A DNA stretch of 32,000 nucleotides from Haloquadratum walsbyi C23. GTDB taxonomy: Archaea; Halobacteriota; Halobacteria; Halobacteriales; Haloferacaceae. Positions 8,009 to 16,470 of this stretch are shown piece after piece. Numbering within the stretch: the first letter of the stretch is position 1; every line of letters begins with the position of its first letter. Under the pieces are notes generated by a model. That model saw nothing but the letters and a program-made list of their open reading frames with translations, made no database searches and was not told where the DNA came from. A program made the position numbers and the translations under genes. The stretch covers positions 660,001 through 692,000 of the forward strand of contig NC_017459.1 of the NCBI RefSeq assembly GCF_000237865.1. The letters are read 5' to 3'.

Positions 8009-8491
8009 TCATTAAACGGCGTGGATACACGCCGTCATACTGTGGTTTCCAACCGGTTTTGCTGGACAACGGCGCATTGGCTCTGACACCGATGTAGCCG
8101 AGTGCCCGAAAGGTTGCGGTTCGAGTGTGAGTGTCCGCCCACGCTGGAAACAGGGTGTGCCCAACGCGGGAATCAAACAACCATCGGGCTATCGTCACCA
8201 ATACAAGTAACTCCGAGTCCAGTGAACCCGAATGCCGACCACTGACCACCGCTCCTGTGGCACAACCAACACAGGGACTTCGCCTCGGGTGAGGATAGCG
8301 GGGGCTTGGCACTCCCCGGAGATTGCCCAGTGACCGGTCACACATCGATTCCAACGGTGTGCTGGCTTGGTATTGGGAGTCTGCAAAGCAAAACCAAAAC
8401 CAAAACCCAAACCTGGACCTGACACTCCCGACCAAGCGAAGCGGTACGGTGCCGTGATCCCTCCCGCCTTCAGGTGGAGGGGAATATTAAT
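8009..8491 (+). mobile_element. Non-autonomous IS1341-type derivative (PATE/MITE-like), ~483 bp, related to but distinct from the 3262/9803 family
   Basis: TTGAA (8004-8008) immediately precedes a left end carrying a perfect 8-bp hairpin ACGGCGTGgataCACGCCGT (8016-8035). Inside are tnpB relic frames (..DVAECPKGCGSS...VPNAGIKQ.., ..SNSESSEP..). The right-end hairpin CCTCCCGCCttcaGGTGGAGG is followed by GGAATATTAAT ending at 8491. Shared blocks with the other family include AGTAACTCCGAGTCC, GGCACAACCAAC and AAACCTG.A...ACTCCC. The element is GC-rich. Confidence 0.55.
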
Positions 8492-8529
8492 TATCCGCAA
8501 TATCTCATCTAAATGAAAAACAGCGTGAG

Positions 8530-8960
8530 TTCCGTCTCTTCGATATCCTCGTTAATCACTTCCTCCGACACCGCACCTGTCGTTCCCACGGAGTATCCAA
8601 TCTTCTAGAATCCGCCACCACAGAAACAGGACTCTCGAATCTTGGGATCCTATTCCAGTAGGTGCTTGCCGGAGGCCGACCTGAACTGCCGATCAATATC
8701 CGCTGGACTGTGCTTCGAGCCAGTTTGCATAAACAAGTGCACGTGGTCGTCTTGGTCTGTCGTCTCCAACGCCAGAATTTTCTGTCCAAAGTGGTCGGCA
8801 GTCTCACTAAACGACTCCCTCACATTCATATTTCCTTCCAGTACGTCAAGAACCGGATGTCGATACTTAGGACATCATATTAAACTCGATAGTAGCGAAT
8901 CGAATTACCAGACTCACAAAACCCAGCCACATTCGGTTGGTGCGTCTGTCTGGGTCGGGG
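8530..8960 (-). pseudogene. tnpA: IS200-type tnpA (Y1/HUH transposase), multiply frameshifted
   Basis: On the minus strand, ..VIRFATIEFNMMS* shifts frame to CPKYRHPVLDVLEGNMNVRESFSETADHFGQKILALETTDQDDHVHLFMQTGSKHSPADIDRQFRSASGKHLLE*, then to further shifted pieces ..LWWRIL.. and ..IGYSVGTTGAVSEEVINEDIEE. These match the TnpA pattern Y.L.YH...PKYR....DHVHL....LKG.S...LWS.SY....G.VS.E.V..YIE.Q. The pseudogene has at least 3 frame breaks. Confidence 0.6.
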
Positions 8961-9335
8961 CACGTAAGCCGCCCACCCTCATCCGACTCGCTTGCCAAGC
9001 AAGGACTGCTAGTGCACGGCTGAGAGAACCAACAAAAGTCTCGGGTCACCGCGCCCGAGGTTGTTTACCTGCTCAAAATCGGGATTCCTGCAGAATACAT
9101 ATACATAACATCAAAAGAAAAGCTATGCCTGTCAGCATACTGGGCACAGATCGTATATTTTGATATTCAAGATACGTTCAAGCGCACGGACGAGTGATAC
9201 CTGCATCTATACCGATATCGAAGTTGGAGCTATGGTGTCAAGCGGGTCCAAACGCGCCCTGCGAGCGCAATTTATATTTCATCTGCGATAGAATCCTTGC
9301 TGTTTGCCGAGCACGACATATGGCGGATGAAGATA

Positions 9336-9557
9336 TCACCTTGCTGTTGTCCGATACTCGCCGTGCTTAACACCGATTACCAAACAAAGAAGTCCAAACA
9401 CAAGCATCGATGGAGTTACCATCATTAATACAATCTGTGCGGGCATCATCTCGGTCAGAATCAATCCTGCTGTCCCAAGCGCGACGATTCCCACCAGGGC
9501 ACCACCTGTTATTCCACGATTAAATTCCATGTTCCAGCGTTGCATCTCCGACGACAA
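9336..9557 (-). CDS. Small two-TM membrane protein, hypothetical
   Basis: 73-aa ORF with two clear hydrophobic helices (GGALVGIVALGTAGLIL, MLVFGLLCLVIGV). The start is ambiguous: MSSEMQRWNMEF has three candidate Met codons. Confidence 0.45.
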   Translation of the reverse strand: MSSEMQRWNMEFNRGITGGALVGIVALGTAGLILTEMMPAQIVLMMVTPSMLVFGLLCLVIGVKHGEYRTTAR

Positions 9558-9587
9558 ATCGGTTTCTGATTATGAAAGACGAAAGAG

Positions 9588-9620
9588 TAGAATCCCGCTT
9601 TTCAGGGCGGGGACATATCC
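9588..9620 (+). repeat. Solo IS1341-type right-end hairpin relic
   Basis: taGAATCCCGCttttcagGGCGGGgacatatcc has a stem pairing 9594-9598 with 9607-9611. It shows the same GAATC-hairpin-terminus layout as the complete elements. Confidence 0.35.
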
Positions 9621-9802
9621 GACAGTCGATAACATAATCCACCGACAATAACCCACCAAATTTGGAATCCTCAATCTTATTCGGGGATCGATCATACGAT
9701 ATAATAATGGGCTTCCCTACGCACGGTACGACTGTTTCACAGTCCACTGTTCTTCGACCAGCGACGATGATGGGAAGACCCAGTTGTGTGCACGTCCTCG
9801 GT

Positions 9803-10240
9803 ATTGACATCCTCCTCCGGGTTCACGCGGAGGAATCCCGAGCGTTGGGAGTTTCAGGTTCAACACTCCCACCGAACAACCAGCCAGTGCGAATCTGAAG
9901 GGTTGTTCGCGGTCTGAGACGGGTGCGGGGGCGGGTGGGACTGCTGGCGGTGCCAAGCCGCCGGTACTCCTATTCTCGACCATGTACGGCGTCCAAGCGC
10001 AAGCGTTGTTTTTGCCGCAGGGACGCCGGCAGGCGTTAGCAAACTCGGAGTTACTTTCTGTGGTGTTTTCAAGCAGTCGGGCACTGCAACTGCATCTGCA
10101 TCGGTTCAGTATCGGAACCGACCGTTCACCAGACTGGTTCCGATGATTGTCTGATTGCTTGGGGCGGACAGGCCGCCATCGTAGGATTGGCGGGAATCGC
10201 TCTGTTTCCAACCGATTCCTGTTTTATGGTGTGATTGCCT
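9803..10240 (-). mobile_element. Non-autonomous IS1341-type derivative (PATE/MITE-like), ~438 bp; paralogue of 3262-3698
   Basis: The minus strand ends ...GGGATTCCTCCGCGTGAACCCGGAGGAGGATGTCAAT, with the terminus at 9803. A 70-nt block (10043-10112) matches 3496-3565 at 68/70 positions. The blocks GTGGGACTGCTGG and CCGGTACTCCT are conserved. The tnpB relic frame is the same as in the paralogue (..SNSE..ENRSTGG.., ..LKLPTLGIPPREPGGGCQ). GC-rich. Confidence 0.65.
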
Positions 10241-10272
10241 CTCAGTTAAATATGTGTATTTTGAAGTTTGAA

Positions 10273-10475
10273 TCGAGCGACGATAGTAGGATTTTGGAGG
10301 GCGTGACGGCGCGTATCCACGGTCTGAAGGCCGTGGTATTGCGCCTGCTCAGCATATAATTAGACGACTCACATTAAAAATCGCGCGCGAAAGCGTCGTT
10401 AAACCTCGAGGAAACATGGAACCTCAAACTCCCCTTCGGGGAATCCTCTCGCTTTCGCGCCGGGAGAGTGTCAAT
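10273..10475 (+). mobile_element. Minimal IS1341-type derivative (~203 bp): left-end hairpin + right-end hairpin only
   Basis: TTGAAgtTTGAA (10261-10272) precedes the left end. A long imperfect hairpin spans 10308-10345 (GGCGCGTATCCACGGtctgaaggCCGTGGTATTGCGCC). The right end GGAACCTCAAACTCCCCTTCGGGGAATCCTCTCGCTTTCGCGCCGGGAGAGTGTCAAT ends at 10475. It parallels the 9803 end (GAACCTGAAACTCCC....GGATGTCAAT). Confidence 0.5.
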
Positions 10476-10594
10476 ATATCAGTAAGATATACTAAGCTAT
10501 GGAGAGTTGAGTATGCTTGATTGATTATGCGTCGGACCACATAAGAAGGCACAAGATTTATTCAGATTGTAATAACAATCCTATATACGCTTCA

Positions 10595-11428
10595 TTACCA
10601 TGGTGCAAAGCGTGGGTCAACACACCGGTTAGTTCGCTCAATTGAATCAATCTGCTCAATCTCTGCTGGTGTAAGTTCCAGATCAAGTGATGTCCAATTA
10701 TCATGAATATGATCGTGTCCAACGGCTTTTGGAATCGCTGTAATTCCCTTTTGTCGAAGCCATGCTAATGCAATCTGTGCTTCACTCACATCATGATTAT
10801 TAGCGACTGCGGTAATCTCCGGAACATCGAATACCGCACCGCGAGCTAGTGGGGAGTATGCAACAAGCTCAATATCATGTTTGCTACAGTGATCTCGCAG
10901 TTCCTGCTGTGGCAGGAGAGGGTGAATTTCAATTTGATTTGCAAATATCGGCACATTTGCTTTCTCAATCGCAGTATCAACCTGGTTTGGTTCAAAATTG
11001 CTAATCCCAATACGGTCGGCTTTTCCATCCGAGACAAGCTTATCAAGCGCCCGAAACGTCTCCACCGGATTATACGTATCAACCGGCCAATGTACATACA
11101 ACAGATCAACAGTATCGATTCCAAGCTTCTCAAGACTTCTTTGCGTCGATGTCAGGACATCCTCGTATCCAAGCTTATCAATCCATACCTTTGTTGCAAT
11201 GAACATCTCCTCTCGAGGAACGTCAGCAGCAGCAATGCCTTGACCAACAGCTCCCTCATTACCGTACACCTGTGCAGTATCTATGTGCCGATACCCCATC
11301 TCAAGTGCTATCTTAATTGTATTCGCGCATTCTGATGGATTATCATTTTCCCATGTTCCAAGCCCGAGAAGTGGCATTCCATCGGCTGTCGGAGCAACTG
11401 AACTCGTTGGTGATTGCTGTGCCATCAT
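10595..11428 (-). CDS. Aldo/keto reductase (2,5-diketo-D-gluconate reductase-like)
   Basis: 277-aa ORF with AKR signatures: LGLGTW, GYRHIDTAQVYGNE, ATKVW, DLLYVHWP and YSPLARG. Confidence 0.9.
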   Translation of the reverse strand: MMAQQSPTSSVAPTADGMPLLGLGTWENDNPSECANTIKIALEMGYRHIDTAQVYGNEGAVGQGIAAADVPREEMFIATKVWIDKLGYEDVLTSTQRSLEKLGIDTVDLLYVHWPVDTYNPVETFRALDKLVSDGKADRIGISNFEPNQVDTAIEKANVPIFANQIEIHPLLPQQELRDHCSKHDIELVAYSPLARGAVFDVPEITAVANNHDVSEAQIALAWLRQKGITAIPKAVGHDHIHDNWTSLDLELTPAEIEQIDSIERTNRCVDPRFAPW

Positions 11429-11501
11429 ATCAAGTTAATAGAAGGTGCATGCAAAAGCCATTGGATGTCTGAATCACCCGCCTCACTGAGAGATGACTGT
11501 T

Positions 11502-11800
11502 ATTGACCTCCTCCCACGGCTCAAACCCTGTCTTTTACCCATAAGCCATGCCGACGAGATGGACGGGGAGAAGCAGTAAAAATTGCTTTTATCGTCGGGA
11601 GTTGGGAGTCTTATCCCGAGCAACCGGGTATGCCGACGACGGGTTGACCCGGTTTGAGCAGCCTCTGTGACTTGATCGGCGTCTCAGTCCGTCAGGATTT
11701 CTCTCAGGTCCTCCTCTACAGCGGCTAAAACGACATGGTGGGATGCTGTGAATTTATGCGTAAAAGACAAAGACGTGAGCCTTCGCCTCGCTACCAGTGT
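11502..11800. repeat. Degenerate IS1341-type relics: two right-end fragments in inverted orientation
   Basis: The left edge reads ATTGACCTCCTCC..., the reverse complement of ..GGAGGAGGTCAAT. An inverted repeat is present: the reverse complement of 11515-11546 (TTATGGGTAAAAGACAGGGTTTGAGCC) against 11752-11780 (TTATGCGTAAAAGACAAAGACGTGAGCC). The internal sequence AAGACTCCCAACTCCCGACG (minus strand) resembles the ..AAACTCCCAACGCTCGGG block. Confidence 0.4.
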
Positions 11801-11942
11801 AAGTGTTATACATCGCCAGCGCAGTCTCCCATTTCAGAAAAACACACTGTATGATGAGTGAGTCCACGCATGCTTGGCATGAGTCAATTCCTGCGTGCGT
11901 GAGAGTTCTGGTATCAATGACTGCTCTTCCATCCTCAGTAGC

Positions 11943-13310
11943 TCAATATTTCCGCGTTGCGCCAGTAAGATCATAGAATTCGTCCATTAGTTCATCACGA
12001 TTCGCCTGCCAATCTTTGAACGCTGACGGTGAGTCTGGATACGCATCATAAACCTGAGTAATTTCCGTTGCACGGCGGCTCACTTTGTATAGTTCATACA
12101 GTGCATCCCAATGACCGAAAGTATCGATAAGCGTCTTTAATTTTAATTTGAGACTCATACTTGATGTTCCCTTACTAAGTGCATCAGCAAGTTGTTGACC
12201 GGGAACAGCAGAGACAATCTCAACAAGTTCATCGACATTATGCGCAGTTCCCCAGAGATTATACAGATCGATCGCCGCGAAACGCTTTCCAAAGCTTGTC
12301 ATTACATCAGTATTGTATTCCCACAGCCGCGATTCGGAGACGTCTCCCTCGCTAATTGCATCGACAGCGTGCAATGCTGCCCAATGTGCAGATTTCGCGG
12401 CACCTGGAATCCCACCGCCAGTTGTTGGGTTCACATGTCCGGCAGCATCACCGACTGCGAGAAACCCGTCAGCGACCGCAGAGTCATATGGGCGTCGTGT
12501 CGGAAGCGAGGCACCGAGTTTATCTTTGACAGTTGCATTTTTCAATTCTGGTCGTGTCATAATATCCTGTTTAAGTGTCTCAACAAGTTGCATCGGATCT
12601 TCTGTCATCTGAAACCCTAATCCAACATTAATCTCTGTTGCTGTTCGGGGAAAGTACCAGAGATACCCTAACTCGTCTGTTGGTTTGAACACAATCGCAT
12701 CATCATATTCAACCGGATCCGGAACCTCAAGCACTTCTCTATATGCTGAGCAGAACTGTGAGTATGAAACATTCGTATCAAAATATGTCTCAGTAAAATC
12801 GGTTTTATCTTGGAGAATTGAGAGTGCGCCAGCAGCGTCAATAGTAATCTCTGCGTTATATGTATGTACTGTTCCATTCCGCGTTGCACGGACTCCAGTG
12901 ACAGTTCCATCATCATCCTGACAGACATCCTGCACAACAGTATCATATTGAATTTCCGCACCACTCCGTTCAGCCTCTTCAATTAGTATCTCTCCATATC
13001 GTTTTCGATCAAGAACAGCTCCGTGATCAGCGAAGTCAATATCAACGCTTCCTCCACGAGGGTTCTCAAATACAGCCCGCTGGATTCGTTGGTTGGTGAA
13101 TGATTCTGATTTGAGGTATTTTCGATCAATGACATCTGGGAATGTGCTCGTTCCTTTAATCGCATCACCGCACGCGATATGACCTGCTTCATCCGCAGAT
13201 TTTCGCTCAAGTATAATAGCGTCAAGCCCTTCCGACGCTGCCGTCGCCGCAGCGAATGTCCCTGCGGTCCCCCCGCCAACGACGACAATATCGTAGGCTT
13301 CAGTTGACAT
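11943..13310 (-). CDS. Geranylgeranyl reductase family flavoprotein (digeranylgeranylglycerophospholipid reductase-like)
   Basis: 455-aa ORF. It has an N-terminal FAD fold (YDIVVVGGGTAGTFAA..LERK), then HIACGDAI, then VGDAAGHVNPTTGGGI, which is typical of archaeal GGR. Confidence 0.85.
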   Translation of the reverse strand: MSTEAYDIVVVGGGTAGTFAAATAASEGLDAIILERKSADEAGHIACGDAIKGTSTFPDVIDRKYLKSESFTNQRIQRAVFENPRGGSVDIDFADHGAVLDRKRYGEILIEEAERSGAEIQYDTVVQDVCQDDDGTVTGVRATRNGTVHTYNAEITIDAAGALSILQDKTDFTETYFDTNVSYSQFCSAYREVLEVPDPVEYDDAIVFKPTDELGYLWYFPRTATEINVGLGFQMTEDPMQLVETLKQDIMTRPELKNATVKDKLGASLPTRRPYDSAVADGFLAVGDAAGHVNPTTGGGIPGAAKSAHWAALHAVDAISEGDVSESRLWEYNTDVMTSFGKRFAAIDLYNLWGTAHNVDELVEIVSAVPGQQLADALSKGTSSMSLKLKLKTLIDTFGHWDALYELYKVSRRATEITQVYDAYPDSPSAFKDWQANRDELMDEFYDLTGATRKY

Positions 13311-13559
13311 AGAATTAATTGTGCTTTCTGGATGTTAAAACCAATCGGAAACAGAAGTTTCAATTATCCGAATATATTCACTGAAAAATCCAGTGAAGTT
13401 TGATATACTACAGGAGACAGTTCGATTCAACCGATGCATATCGACAACGCACTATTCTATTATACTTGATGATATTACGATCTCAAGTGATTCATCATCT
13501 ACCCACTGATTATAATATACCCCGTCAGTCATAACGAATCGATTGGTGATTACTGAATA

Positions 13560-14423
13560 TTAATAGAATTCACGGACAAGATCCATTGCGTCATCAGGTG
13601 CGCCTGAATCAACCGCTGACATATCTTGGGTTATACTATGTTTTTGATCGTATGCAACTGCAGACTCATTCTGCCAAAGTACACCCTGATATTCTTTTTC
13701 AGCATCAAGGATTTTGCCTTTTGCAGCATCATAGTCAGTCGGGTCATGTCCTGATTCCGCAACGTCAACAAGACTGTCACGGAAGTAATCATACGTATCG
13801 ACATCATTGAACGTAACGCACGGACTAAATACATTAACGAATCCGAATCCGTCATGCTCGATTGCTTTTTGAACAATCTCTGCATGTCGTTGTGCATCTG
13901 TTGAGAATGATTGTGCAATGAATGTTCCTCCCGAAGCAAGCGCAAGTGCAAGTGGATTCACCGGCGGTTGCTGTGGACCCTCTGGTGTTGTTGATGTTTC
14001 AAAATCCTCACGCGATGTCGGCGATGCTTGACCCTTCGTTAGTCCGTAAATCCGATTATCCATGACAATATAGGACATATCGACATTTCGACGAACTGCA
14101 TGAACGAAATGACCAGCACCAATCGAGTATCCATCGCCATCACCACCAGCAACCATCACTTCCAATTCGGGATTTGCGAGTTTCACACCTGTCCCAACAG
14201 GAAGTGCCCGACCGTGAACACCATGGAGAGCGTATGAATGCATATACGTTCCAATTTTCCCTGAACATCCGATTCCAGCAACAATAAACGTGTTATCTGG
14301 ATTGTTGCCAGTATTCGCTAACGCTTTCATCATACCATTCATCGTCCCGAAATCACCACAGCCGGGACACCATGTCGGTTGTTTATCCGATTTAAAATCA
14401 GTGAAACGAACGTCTGAGCTCAT
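13560..14423 (-). CDS. korB: 2-oxoacid:ferredoxin oxidoreductase, beta (TPP-binding) subunit; sizes suggest the 2-oxoglutarate enzyme rather than the pyruvate enzyme
   Basis: 287-aa ORF with TWCPGCGDFG and the GGDGDGYSIG TPP motif. Its start overlaps the alpha-subunit stop (ATGA, 14420-14423). Confidence 0.8.
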   Translation of the reverse strand: MSSDVRFTDFKSDKQPTWCPGCGDFGTMNGMMKALANTGNNPDNTFIVAGIGCSGKIGTYMHSYALHGVHGRALPVGTGVKLANPELEVMVAGGDGDGYSIGAGHFVHAVRRNVDMSYIVMDNRIYGLTKGQASPTSREDFETSTTPEGPQQPPVNPLALALASGGTFIAQSFSTDAQRHAEIVQKAIEHDGFGFVNVFSPCVTFNDVDTYDYFRDSLVDVAESGHDPTDYDAAKGKILDAEKEYQGVLWQNESAVAYDQKHSITQDMSAVDSGAPDDAMDLVREFY

Positions 14424-16216
14424 TGAGTTATCTCCGTTGTTTCTGTTTCTTCATTTGTTCCCGCACTACTCGCAGTATCGATTGTCTGTTCAATCTTGCT
14501 TGCAAGCTCGTCTGCTTTAAATCGTACGCCATCGTATTTATTCACACGATTAACACGTGAAAGTGCATCGTGCTCAATCACGTTAGCAAACTGTCCGGTT
14601 GCATTACACTCCACAGCGATCACCGTCTCAGCTTCATCAATCGCTTCTGTGAGATTATACCGTGGGAATAGATACGGAACTGAAAGGAAGTGGACGTCAA
14701 TACCCCGCTCATCAAGAATACTCATCGCTTCAACCATTGCTCCCTCATTTGATCCCCATGAGATCACGAGATTCGGGGCATCTTCACTCCCAAACGATCG
14801 AGGTGTCAGGTCCTCTTCACGACGTGCTGTTTCGACTTTCCGTGTCCGCTTATCCACCTGTTCAACTCGCATATCTGTGTCTTCAGTCCGCCGACCGAGT
14901 TCATCATGCTCAAGCCCTGTTGACATATGTGCGCCGCCAGTTGTTCCAGGAAACGCCCGTGGCGAGATTCCATCATCAGTGAGTGCGTGTGGTTGGAATT
15001 GTGACTTCTCATTCTGCCACTGGTCGATTGTTGATTCATCAACAACCTTTCCACGCTCAATCTCAACGTCGTCCATATCGAATGTTTCCGGTGAGAATGT
15101 CCGTTCTGTCACCGCCATTGCAAGGTCAGCCGCGAGGTATACCGGTGTTTGATATTTTTCAGCAAGATTGAACGCTTCGACTGTCTTCCAAAAGCACTCG
15201 GCGATTGTTGTCGGCGCAACAACAAACCGAGGAATCTCGCCATGCCCACCGTACAGCAGCATATTCAGATCTCCCTGCTCTTGTTTAGTTGGCATTCCAG
15301 TTGAAGGGCCCGACCGCATCACGTCGGCGATGACAAGTGGCGTTTCAGAGGTTCCAATAAGACCAAACGTTTCTGTCATCAAATCAATTCCCGGACCTGA
15401 TGTCGCTGTCATTGCTCGTGCACCGGCGCGTGCGGCACCCAATGCAATATTGATAGCCGAAAGTTCATCTTCCGCTTGGAGAACGTGTCCCCCAAACTGT
15501 TCAATTCGACCTGTTAGATACTCCATTACATTTGTTGCTGGCGTAATTGGGTACCCGGCATAGAACTTACATCCTGCAGCAATGGCTCCCATTCCAATTG
15601 CTTCGTCACCATTTAATAACACGTAGTCAGCATCTGTCGTCTCAAGACTATAGTCAAATTCGTTGTGATACTCTGAACCGACATAATCGCGCCCACTTCG
15701 TGCAGCCTCCTTATTATTCTCGACGAGTGACTGACCCTTCGATCCAAAGCGCTTCTCAAGCGCGCTATCAAGATTTTCAATCGGAAAGTCTGCGACCGCA
15801 CATGCGGCACCCAACGCAACGACGTTACGCATAATCGCACCACCGGCTTCTTCAGCTAATCGTTTTAATGGGACGTCAAGACCGACCATTCCATCTGGAA
15901 TCTCAACGTTTTCCATTGTTGTCCGCTCACCATCATAGATGATGACAGACCCTTCGTGAAGTTCATCATGATTTTCCTTGATAGTGCGTGGCGTCAATGC
16001 AATCAGCACATCTAGTCTGTCCACGACGCTCTGCACTGGATCGACGGCTGTCCGTACCTTATAGGCCGTATAGCCCCCACGGATACGGGAGGCGAAGTCC
16101 TTCGAGGTGAACACGTGCCGTCCCGCACGTGAGAGTGCCTGAGCGAAGATCTTCCCCGTCGAGTCGATGCCATCGCCGGCTTCGCCGCCGATGGCCCAAT
16201 TAAAGTCCGCGGGCAT
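14420..16216 (-). CDS. korA: 2-oxoacid:ferredoxin oxidoreductase, alpha subunit
   Basis: 598-aa ORF with an N-terminal gamma-like domain (GGEAGDGIDSTGKIFA) followed by an alpha domain (GYPITPAT..). It is translationally coupled to the beta subunit. Confidence 0.8.
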   Translation of the reverse strand: MPADFNWAIGGEAGDGIDSTGKIFAQALSRAGRHVFTSKDFASRIRGGYTAYKVRTAVDPVQSVVDRLDVLIALTPRTIKENHDELHEGSVIIYDGERTTMENVEIPDGMVGLDVPLKRLAEEAGGAIMRNVVALGAACAVADFPIENLDSALEKRFGSKGQSLVENNKEAARSGRDYVGSEYHNEFDYSLETTDADYVLLNGDEAIGMGAIAAGCKFYAGYPITPATNVMEYLTGRIEQFGGHVLQAEDELSAINIALGAARAGARAMTATSGPGIDLMTETFGLIGTSETPLVIADVMRSGPSTGMPTKQEQGDLNMLLYGGHGEIPRFVVAPTTIAECFWKTVEAFNLAEKYQTPVYLAADLAMAVTERTFSPETFDMDDVEIERGKVVDESTIDQWQNEKSQFQPHALTDDGISPRAFPGTTGGAHMSTGLEHDELGRRTEDTDMRVEQVDKRTRKVETARREEDLTPRSFGSEDAPNLVISWGSNEGAMVEAMSILDERGIDVHFLSVPYLFPRYNLTEAIDEAETVIAVECNATGQFANVIEHDALSRVNRVNKYDGVRFKADELASKIEQTIDTASSAGTNEETETTEITQ

Positions 16217-16470
16217 ATTGATAAAATCTAAGTCAGACCGAGAGAAAAACCTTCTGAAAACCCACCACCTTACTCAATAAATACTGATAATCGAATCAAA
16301 TAAATTAGGATTACTTCGGAGTCCAATAAAAAATTATACTATCAAGTAAATTTATTTTTGATAAAATATTATAATATCACCAAGATCGTGTACTGGGAGA
16401 TGCGCGACCAAGCACTAGTAATGTTAATTGAGAAGGTAAGACCCTTTTTATCAGGGATAGACAATCTAGT
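16217..16470. promoter_or_regulatory. AT-rich divergent promoter region between korA and the FNR-like gene
   Basis: This 254-bp spacer is visibly the most AT-rich stretch of the window, with several TATA-like runs (e.g. ttatttttgataaaatattataatatc). No transcription start site can be assigned from sequence alone. Confidence 0.4.

Noticed and set aside
8642-9163. 173-aa plus-strand ORF and 83-aa minus-strand ORF (8556-8807).
   Set aside because: The plus ORF is antisense to the tnpA remnant and has a basic, Cys/Arg/Ser-rich composition. The 83-aa ORF is just one of the shifted frames of the decayed tnpA.
11515-11790. A ~27-nt inverted repeat pairing the two ends of a ~275-nt segment, which initially suggested a closed stem of a structured RNA such as SRP RNA.
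   Set aside because: The arms are AT-rich (GTAAAAGACA) and each adjoins an IS right-end-like string (..GGAGGAGGTCAAT; ..CTCGCTACCAGTGTAAG). No SRP motifs are present. Two inverted element fragments explain it better.
14496-15152. Long antisense or alternative-frame ORFs inside real genes. Examples: 14496-15152 in korA, 25136-25582, 25610-26032 and 26036-26344 in the RND gene, 20472-20948 and 21139-21492 in the second RND gene, 10877-11335 in the AKR gene, and 179-538 opposite mvaD.
   Set aside because: Each is fully embedded in a gene with strong family signatures on the other strand or frame. Their composition is Ser/Arg/Pro-rich and non-acidic. No independent motif support was seen.
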